This document shows positions 52,085 to 64,000 of a stretch of DNA of 64,000 nt, piece by piece (position 1 is the first letter of the stretch; each line of letters begins with the position of its first letter). Location: the NCBI GenBank assembly GCA_951406725.2, contig OX597814.1, forward strand, positions 89,838,001 to 89,902,000, in the 5' to 3' direction. The position numbers and the translations under genes were made by a program. Origin of the DNA: Octopus vulgaris (taxonomy: Eukaryota). A model generated the notes under the pieces. It made no database searches. It was not told the origin of the DNA and worked only from the letters and a program-made list of their open reading frames with translations.

Positions 52085-53513
52085 TTAATGTATACGTATA
52101 TATGCATGTGTATATGCACATATGTGTACATGTGTGAGCGTAGTGTGTATAGGATATGTGTATGTATAGTGTGTGTATTCTATGTGCGTGTGTATGTAGT
52201 GTGTGTTGTATGTTTGTAGTGTTTGCCTGTATGTGTGTTTATCTGTATGTGCGTTTGCCTGTATGTTCGTTTGCCTGTATGCGCATTTGCCTGTATGTGT
52301 GCTTGCCTGTATGTGTGTTTGCTTGAATGTGTTTTTGTAGAAATAGCAAAAAATGTGAGAGAATGTACTGAATACGATGTCAACATACATAAATTTATTT
52401 TGGCTGAATCAGTTGATTTTCACATTGGAAATTTTCCAGATGACGATTATCAAACACTTATCTAAGTGAAAAATAACCGAAATCGAATGTGGTTAATGAA
52501 CATAATCATCTGATCAGTTAGGTACATGTATGTATGTATGTATGTATGTATGTATGTATGTATGCATGCATGTATGTATGTGCATATATGTGTGTGTGTG
52601 CGTATGTATATATGTGCGTATGTATGTATGTGTGTATGTACATGTGTATGTATGTGCGTATGTATGTATACGTGAATGTATATATGTATGTATGTGCGTA
52701 TGTATGTATGTTAGTATGTATCTGCGTATGTATGTGCGTATGTATGTATGTATGTATGTATATATGTGTGTGTGTATATCAGTATGTACATATGTGTATG
52801 CATATGTGTGTATTTATAAAAAAAAGGGGTAGACGAGACGTAATACAATGTATTTATAAGGGTGTAAGGAAAAACATACAAATAATGGCAACTTACAAAT
52901 GCGAAGACCTTAGGACCTAGATATTCAGACAGCCCCGTTCCACACATACACACAACTACATGCTGCTGTATATTAACGTTATGCTTACATTGTGTCCGTG
53001 CTGTTACACAATCGAAGATGTGACAATTGTGCCACTACTTTTGTTCGCAATCATGTCTCCTTGCCTGATTCCTGCTCTTAAATACCAAGTACCGACAATC
53101 CATATGCTTTTATTTAGTTGATGGGTACATGTCCTATTACACGGTAGCCTAGACGTCCTACAACAATCTTTCCGAGTGTATATGGGTCCCTCATACCAAA
53201 TTTTGAAAAACAGTGCCGTGTTATCTTTCTCGCTATTTCTGGACACATTTACTGGGCTTAAAAGTACTGCTTCTTGTGTCAGATATACTTCATTCATCCA
53301 GTCATTTAATAGGCTGGGTTGCATCTTATGCCGTACAATGTATGCAACAGATAGAATGCTGTTGTCATAGTGTGTTTTATTGTAGCTCACCCTGATGCAT
53401 TTTAACAGGCAAATCAATGTGCTACAGCACAAACTTGAGGTTTGGTTTGTTTCATGTTCCAACTTAACTATTTTTGGATGTGAATTCTCTTTATAACAAT
53501 TGCAGCACGGATT

Positions 53514-53564
53514 TTTGTCAGTGAACAGATCGCGGACTTATAGCGACGAAAATATTTTGACAAA
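53514..53564 (+). ncRNA. Minimal type I hammerhead with G3:C8 core swap
   Basis: TTTGTCA-GTGAACA-ga-TCGC-ggacttata-GCGA-c-GAAA-ATAT-TT-TGACAAA; 7-bp stem I, 4-bp stem II, palindromic ATAT. Confidence 0.68.
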
Positions 53565-54174
53565 TTAAACTTAAATGTTGAAGTGAATCGAACGGCTTTT
53601 GTGCGTTTCTTAAATGGATTACAAACACCTTCCACGCTGCAATTGTTTTCGTTCCAGCACACGATTTCAGATCAAATCACTTACTATGCAAGTACATCTC
53701 CGTAATTCTCTTTATAGTTTTCCGTGTGAAAATAAATGAGGGCATATTTGTTTAGTTTTAGGCTACTACTATCACAACTATTATGAGCACATACTCTCGA
53801 TACGTGTGAAACGTCCATCATTCAGCTGGTGCAAATGTGTGTTTGCCAAAGATATGTAACTGATGAAATATTTTTAAAGACAAACCATTCACCTGCACAT
53901 AGTAATGTGAACAACTCGTAAACATTTCGAAAGATGCCTCTTAGTGAAACTTGAACACACACAAACACATACACAAGAAGGCACATATACACACACATGC
54001 ACACATACACACACAAACACAGAGACACAGAGACACACAGAGACACACAGAGACACAAACACACACACAGACACACACACACAGACACACACACAGAGAC
54101 ACACACAGAGGCACACACAGAGACACAAACGCAGAAACACACACAAACACACACACACACACACATAGGAAATG

Positions 54175-54487
54175 ACACCCAGTCGGTCTCAACGACGGGT
54201 GTCCAATTGATCTGATTGATAGAACAGCCATCTCATGAAATCAACATGCAAGTGGCTGAGCGCTACACAGACATGCGTATCCTTAACGTAGTTCTCAGGG
54301 AGATTTGACGTGACAGAGTGTTACAATGCTGGCTTTTTGAAATACAGGTGCTACTCATTTTTACCTGGTGAGTGGACAGGAGCAACGTGAAATAAAGTAT
54401 CTTGCTGTAGGAGAAAAACGTGTCACCGCTTATCAAACTCACGACTTCATGATCGTGAGCCGAATAACTTATCCACTAAGCCACGCA
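54175..54487 (-). mobile_element. tRNA-derived CORE-like SINE
   Basis: Head GCGTGGCTTAGTGGATAAG...GTGAGTTTGAT followed by AGCAAGATACTTTATTTCACGTTGCTCCTGTCCACTCA. Confidence 0.7.
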
Positions 54488-55149
54488 CGTTTAGAACACA
54501 CACCCACACGCGCGCGCGCGCGGACAAATGAAAAAACTTCCATAAGACGATCTAGTGAAAAATTCCTACTTCTACTGTAGAATTGATGTTGTGGGGAGTA
54601 ATCGATACCATTGACCTCAGTACTTGACTTTATATTAATCGAGCGAAAAAACGATGAAGAGTAATGTTGAGTTGGGTGGGATTTTAACCGAGAATGTAAA
54701 AATCAGAGCGGAAATAAATACCGCAAGGCATATTTTTCCTGACACTCCACCTATTCTGGCAATCTAATGACATTTAAATTTTTTCTAACATAAGAACGAG
54801 TCTAGACATTTGTTGGGAGGTAACAGCCAATTACATCCACAGAGTATTTGACTGATATTTTATTTTAGTGATTTGAGATCGATTAAAGGCAAACCCTTTT
54901 GGTGGAATATGAACTCAGCGCGAAACCAGAGGTAACTAGCTAATCCAAGGCTCTCCCGACTGACACAGAGCATATGTAAAAGGCTACATAAATTGGAAAG
55001 GAGCAATGAATGCTACTGGTACTTTTTAAAAAAATCTCGAGTTGTAATATTTATACTAAAAGCAGTAAGTACAAAACAAACTACTACTACTACTACTAAT
55101 AATAATAATAATGATAATAATAATAATAATGATAATAATAATAATCGTT

Positions 55150-55345
55150 TCTACTAAAGGTATAAGGCCTGAAATTTGGTGGGAGGGGACCAGTCGACCA
55201 TATCGACACCAGTGTTTAATTTATCGACCTCGAAAGGATGACAAGCAAAGTCGACCTCGGTGTAATTTGAACTCAGAACGTAGAGACGGACGAAACGCTG
55301 CTAAGCATTTTATCTGGCTTGAAAACGATTCTGTCAGCTCGACGT
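55150..55345 (-). mobile_element. SINE (family of 2898-3110); older copies at ~11680-11815, 35440-35560 and 54585-54920
   Basis: CGAAAGGATGACAAGCAAAGTCGACCTCGG...TTTGAACTCAGAACGTA on the plus strand. Confidence 0.75.
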
Positions 55346-57505
55346 CTTATTAGTACTAATAACGATAATTGCTTTTATTGACCACAAAGATCTAGTGGAA
55401 TCTGTACGATTGAGACATTGGAAGGGAAACAACAATCAAGAAAAGCGCCGAGCAATTACATTGCGTAAATGGCTGAAATCAAATATTTCAATGGCAGCCT
55501 CAGACTAATAGAGAGAAATATGACAATGATAACATCTAACAGTACACGATATAATAATAAATCAAGAAAATATGCAAAACTGAAAGATAAATACTTATTG
55601 ATAAACGTTTCAAATTGGATACATGACTACGTCTATTATTTGTGAAATAATATAATTTAGTGAGTAAGTAATAATGGCGGCTTACAATAACTAGCAAAAA
55701 TGACACCGATAGTGATAGTAATAATACAAAGTAATAATTGACTATGCTTTGTATAAACTCTAAACAGTATCCAACGTGACAATATCTATTACTGTAATAT
55801 TTCCGTTTATCCAAAGGGATATATTAAGTTGGTTATAAGAGATGCAGTATAAAATATCAATACACATTCTGATGTGAGAAGTAAATAAATATTCTGAAGA
55901 AAATAAACAGTAACATTGTTGTCAGAAAGAAACTAGCAATTGTATTTCTGCTGGTATGGTTTGCTCTTTAGGACATCATAAATGTAAGTAACACTATGTA
56001 CGAAAAAATCAAAACAAAAGCAAGGCAGTATAGGACTAAAAAGTAAGAAATATATATATATAGGTTCGAGCAAACAAGCATCCTTGCTATGTTATAACTC
56101 ATAAAGTGTTCACTATTATATTTTTGTACATAAATAATAATTTCAGAAATGCTATGTTGATAGCAACTATGCATCAGAAATACGCCCACCCCTCAACATA
56201 CATAAAGAAAAAGATTTCTGTTTATTTTTCTAGTCATAAAAATGAGAAAGTGTGTGACAGAGTGTGGGTGAGATGAAGAAAAAGGAAGAGTGATATAGAA
56301 AGTAATATTAAGATATTTAGGAGATTTATCTAAAATTGATGCCTTGGATGTTTAAATAAGTATCAAGCTATTATAATGACAAAAAAATGTATATTAAAAA
56401 ATAGAAGTGCATATATGAAAACAACAATGTAGACGTATAAAAAAGTAATTACGAAAACATTAATGTAGTTATATTTTTTTTCCGAATTGCTTTTAAATGC
56501 GTAATCCCATTAATGTTAGTATAAATCATTTTGAAGGAATAAAAGAACGATGAAATAAATGGAAAATGAAATACCTAAACCATTTGAATTTAACCTAAAT
56601 ATTCTTCCAGGTTAAAATCCTATCCTACCGACTGTCATAGCTTATAATAAAAAGACACATTTTCAATGAGTGGGCTAAGTAACTAGGTAGTTTTCTCTGT
56701 CTTCTCAAAATTAAGAATTGTAGATAGTGTAAGGGTGTTAAAGTCATAAGGAAAATACAAATGTTATAACTACTTTGGCCTTTACACAGACAAATTGGAA
56801 AGAATAATTTAACCTCATGTTTGCCTTGATTAAGTGACCCTATTTTCAAAGAGATTCCAGGTTTTATAATACCTTATTTATGTGCATCAGAGATTGGTGA
56901 GTATCCTTAATTTAAGATAATGATTTGAAATATTTGGCTTCTGTTTCGAGCAGGCACGGCCAGGCTCTCTCGTTAGCTCTCCGTAAGTAGGAGAATCGAT
57001 TGGACACGCCCATTTCATTTGTTGAGAAATTATTGGTACACATTTGATTATGTCATTTTTAATACGGAGATATTAGTCCATTGAATAAATTATCATTTCA
57101 TAATTCATAGAGAGCAATATCGCTATATAGTAAATAATACGAGTCTTCACAATAAAGATTCACTCTGGTGTTCACTAAAAAAAGCGCCCGCCGACTTCTG
57201 CTTCTCTAAAACATTGTTATTTAAAACCAGACACAAAACGAGGTATTAAACCTCTTACAACTTTTACAACTTTTCAATTTTTGGACTTAACAGTCCATTA
57301 CAAACAACAACATAGTTCAATAATTACATATAATATAAATACAATACACAGAGCCCCTCCTCCCAGACCTGGCTTACACTTCCCTTAGGAATGCGCCAGC
57401 TCTAGGTCGGGGGCCCTCAAGTCGTATCTAAACATGTCCTATCAAACATAAAAAAGACATTATCACTTCTCCCTTCCTCCTCTTTCCGGACCTACAGTCA
57501 AATAT

Positions 57506-58105
57506 CTAGCCGCCTGCAGAGCAGACCACGTTGACAGCCGGGGAGTTCAGAAAGAAAGCGAAGTGCCTGTTATCAAATGTTTGTGTCACACAGTGCCACA
57601 ATTTACGACTCATCTTCAAAATAACTTGTGCCCGCATCCTCTGCCATCCTCCACGCCTCTTCCAAAACCTCTCAGAGAGAACTTTCACATTAAGAAGCTT
57701 GGTCCCGCTGCCACCCAGACCCCGGCGGATAGTCTCCTCTATCCACTCATGTTTTATCCCGGGTGGTAGCCAGCAGATCCAAGCTTTCGTCAACCTCTTC
57801 CCATGATACGTGGGAAGAAATAAAATTTCCTTACCCTCCAGGGGTTGACTAGCAAATTTGCAAGCCTCTTCAGGGGTGTCAAATAGCAACCACACCGTTG
57901 CATATCTGACACCCCTGGAAATGAATTTAATTGTTGGCAAATATTCTGCCAACTCCTTTTCAATTGCCGTCATTTCTAATAAGGCGATGGTGTCGAGTGC
58001 CTTGGAGTAGGTTCTCAACACCACCGTCCTATCTTCACGGTCTTTTAACCACTTTTTAGGCGGTATAATCTTCCATTCCAAAATTTTGTCATTTTTCATT
58101 GCCAT
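57506..58105 (-). CDS. 199-aa ORF resembling L1/Tx1-clade ORF1p RRM-like region
   Basis: Non-repetitive ORF; IKFISRGVRYATVWLLFDTPEEACKFASQPLEGKEILFLPTYHGKRLTKAWICWLPPGIKHEWIEE fits the Tx1 ORF1 pattern by eye; no ORF2 follows. Confidence 0.5.
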   Translation of the reverse strand: MAMKNDKILEWKIIPPKKWLKDREDRTVVLRTYSKALDTIALLEMTAIEKELAEYLPTIKFISRGVRYATVWLLFDTPEEACKFASQPLEGKEILFLPTYHGKRLTKAWICWLPPGIKHEWIEETIRRGLGGSGTKLLNVKVLSERFWKRRGGWQRMRAQVILKMSRKLWHCVTQTFDNRHFAFFLNSPAVNVVCSAGG

Positions 58106-58933
58106 GTTTCTTTTTTTTTTTTTTGAAATATATTCAAAATAAAACTTAAAAAGCGAGAAGAAAAAAAGAAATCAAAAGAAAGTCACAATAAACAAAAAGG
58201 AGAAAGTCAAATAAAGTTTAGAAGAAAGTCAATAGTTCAGGAACACAGCAAAAAAAATATTCCGGCCATTCGGTACTCCCGGCCTAGGTTGAACCCGGAA
58301 CGCCACAACTGGAACACAACTTCCACAAAAATTGATATACAAATTGTTCAATCTTCGGAGGCAAAACACTCCCCAATACAGCAGTTCTCACAATTATTAA
58401 AGTTCTTCAAAAGACACAATACAAGCAATAATTCTCATAGTTAAGTGAGAAAAATATTCACTCAATGTAAATCGAAGACGAGGATATGCCCCACCAAAAA
58501 TGAATCCAATAAATTCTCAAAACACAAAAACAGCAGCCGCCGAGAGCAGGCGAAATTGTCCCAGAGCTGGGCACAATTTACTGAAAAAATAATTCGCACG
58601 CAATAAATTATGCCCAGCTCACAACAAACAAAATTACCTACCTCGACAACCTTCTCTGTTTTTGTTCTTTTTTCTTTTTAGGACGGAGTTCAACGCTCAC
58701 GTCCTCACCGTTCAGTGTCAAGAAGTCAACTCCACGACCGGAACCGGAAGCAAGCTTCATATCCCACAGCAACACCTGTTCATAAATATTTATAAAAAAT
58801 GATAATATCACATAGAATTAAACAGATTTAATCCGCAGAAATATTTCCCCCAACTCGCACAATATTTACTTGTTTTTCTGGCCATGACATTTCCGAAACT
58901 GAGAGATAGGATGCCCGTGAGAGAGAATACGTA

Positions 58934-59032
<99 letters not shown>

Positions 59033-61020
59033 CAACATTCAGGTTTAAAAACTCATAAAGTACTTAAGTAAAGCTTTCGAAGGATTCCTGTGGTTTTTAT
59101 TTCAAACTGAAATATTTCTATGTTAGTGACATTTCATGAACTGCTTTCAATCGTAAATTTAAACTGCGTTATAGTCACGGCTTGTCAGGAGATTTCTTCT
59201 AGCGCTCTTCACAGGTTGTAAACAACATCAAACTGATCTTTTTATTGCTCTAATACGAATTATTTAAATTGACTTTTAGTGAAAGAAATTCTTCCCATAA
59301 TTTGACCAGGTTGAAGACGCTGGAATCTCCAAAGAATCTCCGAAACGACGAGATCGGCCCATTAATGTTACGCTTAAAGAATTGCAAGAAAATCATGGAC
59401 AAGGATAGAATTCTAGTGGTTGATGTTTTTAGAAGTAAAGAGTGGAAATAGTGACTAGTGCGAGAGAAAGAGCTGAGAGTGTGATTAGAAGATGAATGAA
59501 GGTGATACGGAAATATTACGATTGGAATAGTTCCCAACATTGTAGAGACAGTAAATGCAGAGCAAGGTTACAGGTCGTAGCGAGACGAGCTGTTGTAGTC
59601 TGTTGGCGAGGGATTTATGCTAATCAACCAGTGGGTATATTATGAGAGTGTGGTGTGGGGTGCCTGTTCACGTCGTGGCATCACGCTCTGGAAATCTAAT
59701 TACATTAACAATGTAAATGAAATGGAATGAAATATTTGTAAATGAATATTTAAACTAGGTGATATACACTTTCTTATTCAGTAGCTGTGGAAGCAGAAGC
59801 ACATATGCCTACTTACTGCACTTTTAAAATCTATATAAATCATGGAAAGTTAAGCATATACTCAATTTATACAGCCCACTAAAATAACTATCATATATCA
59901 TATTTATTTTACCATTAACGAGCTGTCTCTTGTTGAAAAGAAAATTTTCTGTTTTCACAAAGAAAATTTATCTTTTCAAAACAAAAAAGTGTTTCAGACC
60001 AGCGAAGATATTTATTAATGACAATTTTAACAGCAAAAATTTATATTGATAACTTTAAAACATTGTGAAGCATGCTATTTCCGTGTGTCAAGTTATTCAG
60101 GTGTTATAATATCATCTAAAATTAATTGCCCCTGGTTCATAGTTATAATATCGTCTAAAGTTAATCATCATTGCTTTCAACAACTGATTTTAACTTTGGC
60201 ATTTGGTAATGTCTTTGAAGAAGGGATATAATTGATCGAGCCAGCTAGCAATATTATTGGATTTTATTTGATCAATCCTGGAAAGAGACATTGCAAAACC
60301 CAAAACTAGGAAGATTTCAGCGCAAAATATAAAAAAGATCTAAATATAGGATCAGACATTCTGCACTATTCCATTATGGAATATTGAACTTCCAAGTGTT
60401 TTCTCCATTCATATAGGTTGTTGTTAATATACTTTATCCCTAAACAAGTCCTAAGCAATTCCTGTATGATGGTCCCATCTTTTCTTTTGGACAAATTGAG
60501 GGTGTTACTAAATGCTCTCTTCTTTTCTGAAAAAGGTTAGGGGTGTGAGTTGATGGAAATTTGGCTGCTGTTTTTAGCGTATCAAAGCATTTCATAAGCG
60601 GCAGCTTTAATGGCTCAATGATAAATGCGTTGCTGTTATTGTTGTATAGAATCAGGCCAGCTCTAGTCCTGCAGACTTATCAATAAAGGTGTTCTATTAA
60701 TGACTATCCCGTTATTCTGTATATTATGGACTTTATAATTCAATATGCTGTTTTTCAACAGCCTACCGTTGCTATAAATGGGCAACTAAATCCCAACCCT
60801 CACTACTGAACGGGACCGGATGGGTACTTAGTTGCTATTTCTAATAGCTCAAGCGGTCGTATGGACCCTTCTTCGTTTGCATGGTTTTTAAGTAAGTCGC
60901 TAGTAATGCTAAAAGACAGACGTTTACGGTGCCATAAGAAATTTATTCCCACTTGAGGAAAATGTCAGACAGAGTTAGGATGGGCAAACCACCAGACACA
61001 TATTAGAAACAGCATAAATA

Positions 61021-61931
61021 TTGGGTCATCTCATAAATAATGCGGTTTTTCAATTGCATTAACTAAAAGTCAGGTGTGGGGACAAGATAAACTACCCCCA
61101 TCAACTTGCCATAAAAGCAGGTAGTATTTATCCTTTTTTTTCTCTTACTCTTAGTGCAAGTTTTGAAGAGTGCAGTTCGATTTTAATAGTTATTTTTGCA
61201 AAGCTATAATTGAAGTGACAAAGGAGTATATTCGTCATATTTTGCTTTATGAATTTAATAAAGGCAACAACGCAATGGAAAGTGCGAGGAATTTTAATGC
61301 ATCAGACAGTAAGCGTAAGCCAGTGTCAACGACGGTTCCACAAATTTCGAGCCGGAAACTACAGCCTAGAAGACGAGCCTCGTCCTGGAAGACCTGTAGA
61401 GCTCGACGTCCTGCAAACCCTGACGGAACAAAATCCCGTCGTAACTGTTGAAGATCTAGCAGAGACGCTTGGATTTGGTCGTTCAACCAGTCATTCAAGT
61501 TAGCGCCAGAAGAAAAACGACCATCTTTGCTTTGAAAACGAAATGTGTTCTTCCATCAGGATAATGCTCAACCACATATAGTGAGGATTACATTTCAAAG
61601 GCCGGAGCAGTTTGAATGGGAAACGATGTCCCACCCATAATATTCGGAGGACATTGCCCAAACTGATTATCATTTATTTCGCAGTCTTCAAAATCATTTG
61701 GGTGGAAAAAAAATGAATTCTGTAGACGAGGTCAGAACAGTTTTGGAGGAGTATTTTTTGTTGTAGACAAGAGAATTTTGGAAAAGGGGCCTTGCAAATC
61801 TACCAGATAGATGGAAGAATGTTGTAGAAAATGAAGGAGAGTATATTTTAGATTAAAAGAGAACTTTGTTTATCTTAATTTTGAAAAATAAAATATGTAT
61901 AAAAAACCGTAATATTTATGGGATGACTCAC
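61021..61931 (+). mobile_element. Internally deleted mariner element
   Basis: TIRs TTGGGTCATCTCATAAATAATGCGGTTTTT / AAAAACCGTAATATTTATGGGATGACTCAC with TA flanks; EYIRHILLYEFNKG, FRAGNYSLEDEPRPGRP, FHQDNAQPH, TDYHLFRSLQNHL. Confidence 0.92.
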
Positions 61932-63250
61932 TACTTTATCGAGACGCTTTCGTTCTCCGAATGTGTATATGGAATAGCTTAAAAGTCACTGCACCGAAGA
62001 TATTGTTCTAGTAATTTCCTTACTACAATTTACATTACCATAAAGTCTACCGTAGATCATAATCCATGAAAATAGACTAATACTCGCCCCGCCACCACAT
62101 GATATATACTATATACACATATGTACTATATACACGTACGCACATACACCATGCACATACACACAACATATATACATATGTATGTGTATGTTTGTATGTA
62201 TAATTTGTGCCATTAACTTGACAATCGTTTGAACTTTAGCCCAAACCGTATCATACCTGCATGTGAATCTGTTCTCGTAATCGTTGAAAATAATTTATTT
62301 TAGAAATTAAAGCTTGCAGCCCACCGAGTCAAAGGCTTAACATTTCTGTGAATGGGAGCTTATACATAATCCTTATAGCTTTCTCACAGCTTTAGGGATT
62401 TCGCATTATTTATGCAGTAATCAAGCTTTTGCGATTGGTTAATAATTAAATTTTAAAAATTTGTCATTAAAACATCTTTTTAATTTATGAAAAAGTATTC
62501 GACCGACTTTAGTTTGTGAGAGACATGACTAGAGACAAATATTTATAAAATAGAAATATTAATAGCATTACAATATTTTCCATGTTTTATGAGCGATATT
62601 TTAACCGTAATATTGGTCTCAAATTATAAATATAATGAGTAAAGTAGCAGCAGCAGATGTGGCAAATATGATACACATTTATAGCAATTGAAGTCTCTGT
62701 TCCATGCATTTAATCCAGGGGGTCGGGAGTTAACTGAATGAGAATGAAATTTTTACAAGTTTATTTGGAAGTAAACACTGGTTAAGTCTCTGAATACTAG
62801 TGTAACTAAGTCATTTAAATTTAAGACCAAAACAAAATATTTGACGAAGTAACGTTTATCGCCACCTAAGAATGCGTGTTCTCGATGAACAGACGATACT
62901 GCTATTTTAAACCCAAGAGAACGTATCCTCCAGGTGGTTATTCGGTGTGTCCTGTACTCGATATATATTGTAAACGGGGAGAGAACCTCTACTATTTCAG
63001 CAACGAGAGCACCAGACTCCGCAGTTTCGACCTTATTGTGCTTATCCACGGTGATGGATTAACGTCTGCTAGATATAGCAGTAGTTCCCTCCAGTTTGTA
63101 ACATATAGAACATAATTGATACACAGTCACTGATCTTGAAACTAAAAAAACTAACTCCCTAAGAAAATCTCTATAAGAGACGAAAGTAGTATCTATACTG
63201 AGCGCCACCTAAACATGCGTGTTTTCTAAAAACAAATGACATATTTTACA

Positions 63251-63598
<348 letters not shown>

Positions 63599-63601
63599 GG
63601 G

Positions 63602-63633
<32 letters not shown>

Positions 63634-63787
63634 TACAATTCATAAATGAGGGCAAAGGAAAAAAATTCTAATGCCAAATATGCCGAAAAATTGGACATAT
63701 TGTCCATTAACCATATATTTTTTTCACAATACGCACGCTACTCGAAAGAAGGTCGACAGAAATTTCTAAAAAATTCCATTATTACCA

Positions 63788-63840
63788 TATCGGACCGATT
63801 TCAGAGTTAGCTACTAAGAGCCCTCTCTTCGTCAGTGATA
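63788..63840 (-). ncRNA. Type I hammerhead with canonical core in a ~290-bp insert between (TA)n tracts
   Basis: UAUCA-CUGACGA-AGAG-agggcucuuaguagcuaa-CUCU-GAAA-UCGG-UC|-CGAUA; one A-C mismatch at the base of stem I. Confidence 0.7.
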
Positions 63841-63924
63841 CATGTGGCATTGATACATGCTGGCCATTGATAAAATTTTTTTCGAGAAAATATTTTTTTT
63901 CGAAAAGAATTTTATCCTCACATT

Positions 63925-63975
<51 letters not shown>

Positions 63976-64000
63976 GGTGGGTATGTTATCTGTGTTTGTC

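Noticed and set aside
53004-53462. 152-aa ORF, faintly like a Helitron helicase C-terminal region
   Set aside because: No diagnostic motif can be confirmed by eye.
57178-57214. GTTTTAGAG...GCTTTTTTT on the minus strand, reminiscent of a Cas9 repeat/sgRNA scaffold
   Set aside because: Only a 9-nt match, no array and no cas genes, eukaryotic context; coincidental. No CRISPR array is present in the window.
58258-58310. HDV-like ribozyme candidate (CGAAUGG) in the ORF1-element leader
   Set aside because: I could not build the nested double pseudoknot.
62382-62428. Stem plus GAAA motif with AGCTT/AAGCT flanks on the minus strand
   Set aside because: The core cannot be fitted to CUGANGA or a covarying form.

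Overview
AT-rich, microsatellite-dense animal DNA, intronic or intergenic. The SINE repertoire resembles my recollection of octopus/cephalopod SINEs, so the species call is an inference. I cannot support any host protein-coding gene; almost all ORFs in the track are microsatellite or antisense artefacts. The window is a patchwork of mobile elements: Penelope-like retroelements (PLEs, including an uninterrupted ~450-codon RT frame at 2-1351 on the minus strand that the ORF track misses because it runs off the edge), restriction-like-endonuclease (RLE) LINE fragments (Dong/R4- and HERO-like), six decayed Tc1/mariner copies, non-autonomous Helitrons, MITE/foldback elements and many tRNA-derived SINEs. 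The main hidden signal is RNA-level: six minimal type I hammerhead ribozyme (HHR) motifs in five unrelated sequence contexts. The best is a retrozyme-like tandem array of 352-bp monomers (42010-42923) with a perfect hammerhead per monomer and an inverted partial copy that starts at the predicted cleavage site. Another hammerhead carries a compensatory G3:C8 core swap (53514-53564). Other oddities are a foldback element wrapped around telomeric TTAGGG repeats, a 2A/StopGo-like peptide remnant and an ORF1-only LINE-like element. All translations and pairings were done by eye; element boundaries are approximate unless stated.
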